Shown here one piece after another: positions 63,586 to 64,000 of a stretch of DNA of 64,000 bases (positions are counted from its first letter, which is position 1; the number at the start of each line of letters is the position of its first letter). The notes under the pieces were generated by a model. It had not been told where the DNA came from and ran no database searches. It was given only the letters and a program-made list of their open reading frames with translations. Source of the DNA: a virus. The position numbers and the translations under genes were made by a program. The stretch is taken from positions 27,886 through 91,885 of IMG/VR virus record IMGVR_UViG_3300023179_000056; one strand, written 5' to 3'.

Positions 63586-63694
63586 TGGTGGATTGTAAGG
63601 GACTTGAACCCTTGTCAGACCAAGAGTGCGATGGCGCACACTCGATAATGCTCCTACGGCTATTCACCGTGCATAAGACCATCCTTGACAACCC
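63586..63694 (-). ncRNA. tmRNA-TLD-like mini RNA with G3:U70
   Basis: GGGTTGT/ACAATCC + ACCA; GAC-AAGGG-TTCAAGT-CCCTT; no D-stem or anticodon arm. Confidence 0.6.
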
Positions 63695-63881
63695 ATTAGA
63701 AAGCAATCTTGGCGTATTCGGGCGAGTCCCTTACGGGAGAGTTTACCTGGGATGCCAAACCTGATCCAGTATTTCTACTAGATTTAGATTGCTTACTGAT
63801 AGGGCCCTGCGAGTAAGAATTGCGCTTACTGCTTACATGCATGCGGTGTCGTGCTACTAGTACACTACGCAGGGATAAACT

Positions 63882-63969
63882 TGGTGCATCATGTTGGATT
63901 CGAACCAACGCTAGAAAACCTTGACACTTCAAGGTTGAGGCAACCGCACCCCGTTACATCCTATGACGC
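63882..63969 (-). ncRNA. tRNA-like RNA without a canonical anticodon loop
   Basis: GCGTCAT/ATGATGC + ACCA; GTTGG-TTCGAAT-CCAAC T-arm; AACCTTGA-AGTG-TCAAGGTT hairpin. Confidence 0.6.
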
Positions 63970-64000
63970 GAAACTAAAGCAAAGTGGCAGCGTGAGTCCG

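Noticed and set aside
1-64000. Genome-wide TAG reassignment (genetic code 15)
   Set aside because: Long genes are intact under code 11, and several recognisable genes end at TAG at their expected C-terminus.

Overview
This window is part of a large, T4-like (myovirus-type) jumbo phage genome, probably aquatic. A betaproteobacterial host is inferred from the Bug/TctC gene and the GC-rich acquired genes. Positions 0.15-27.8 kb (+) hold the baseplate/tail module: gp53-, gp27-, gp5-, gp25- and gp6-like genes, a 4288-aa protein and fibres. Positions 27.8-37.6 kb encode glycosyltransferase-like proteins, radical SAM enzymes and nucleotide-sugar enzymes. Positions 37.6-53 kb (-) carry thyX, a MoxR ATPase/VWA pair, small early genes with repeated sigma70 promoters, a 2.9-kb three-gene cassette flanked by a perfect 48-bp direct repeat, and rpoZ. 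Positions 53-64 kb (-) form a dense RNA array: about 23 recognisable tRNAs, a permuted two-piece tmRNA invaded by a GIY-YIG endonuclease, a GOLLD-like giant RNA with an embedded tRNA, and many non-canonical tRNA-like RNAs. The most striking observation is an amber-suppressor tRNA (CUA) with its own promoter, 21 nt upstream of a gene whose third codon is an in-frame UAG, while TAG still acts as a stop elsewhere. This suggests a tRNA-gated gene. Other candidates are a family of RNA modules closed by a conserved stem, alanine-identity mini-RNAs and a 255-nt giant tRNA-like RNA. All RNA structures were folded by eye and no searches were run.
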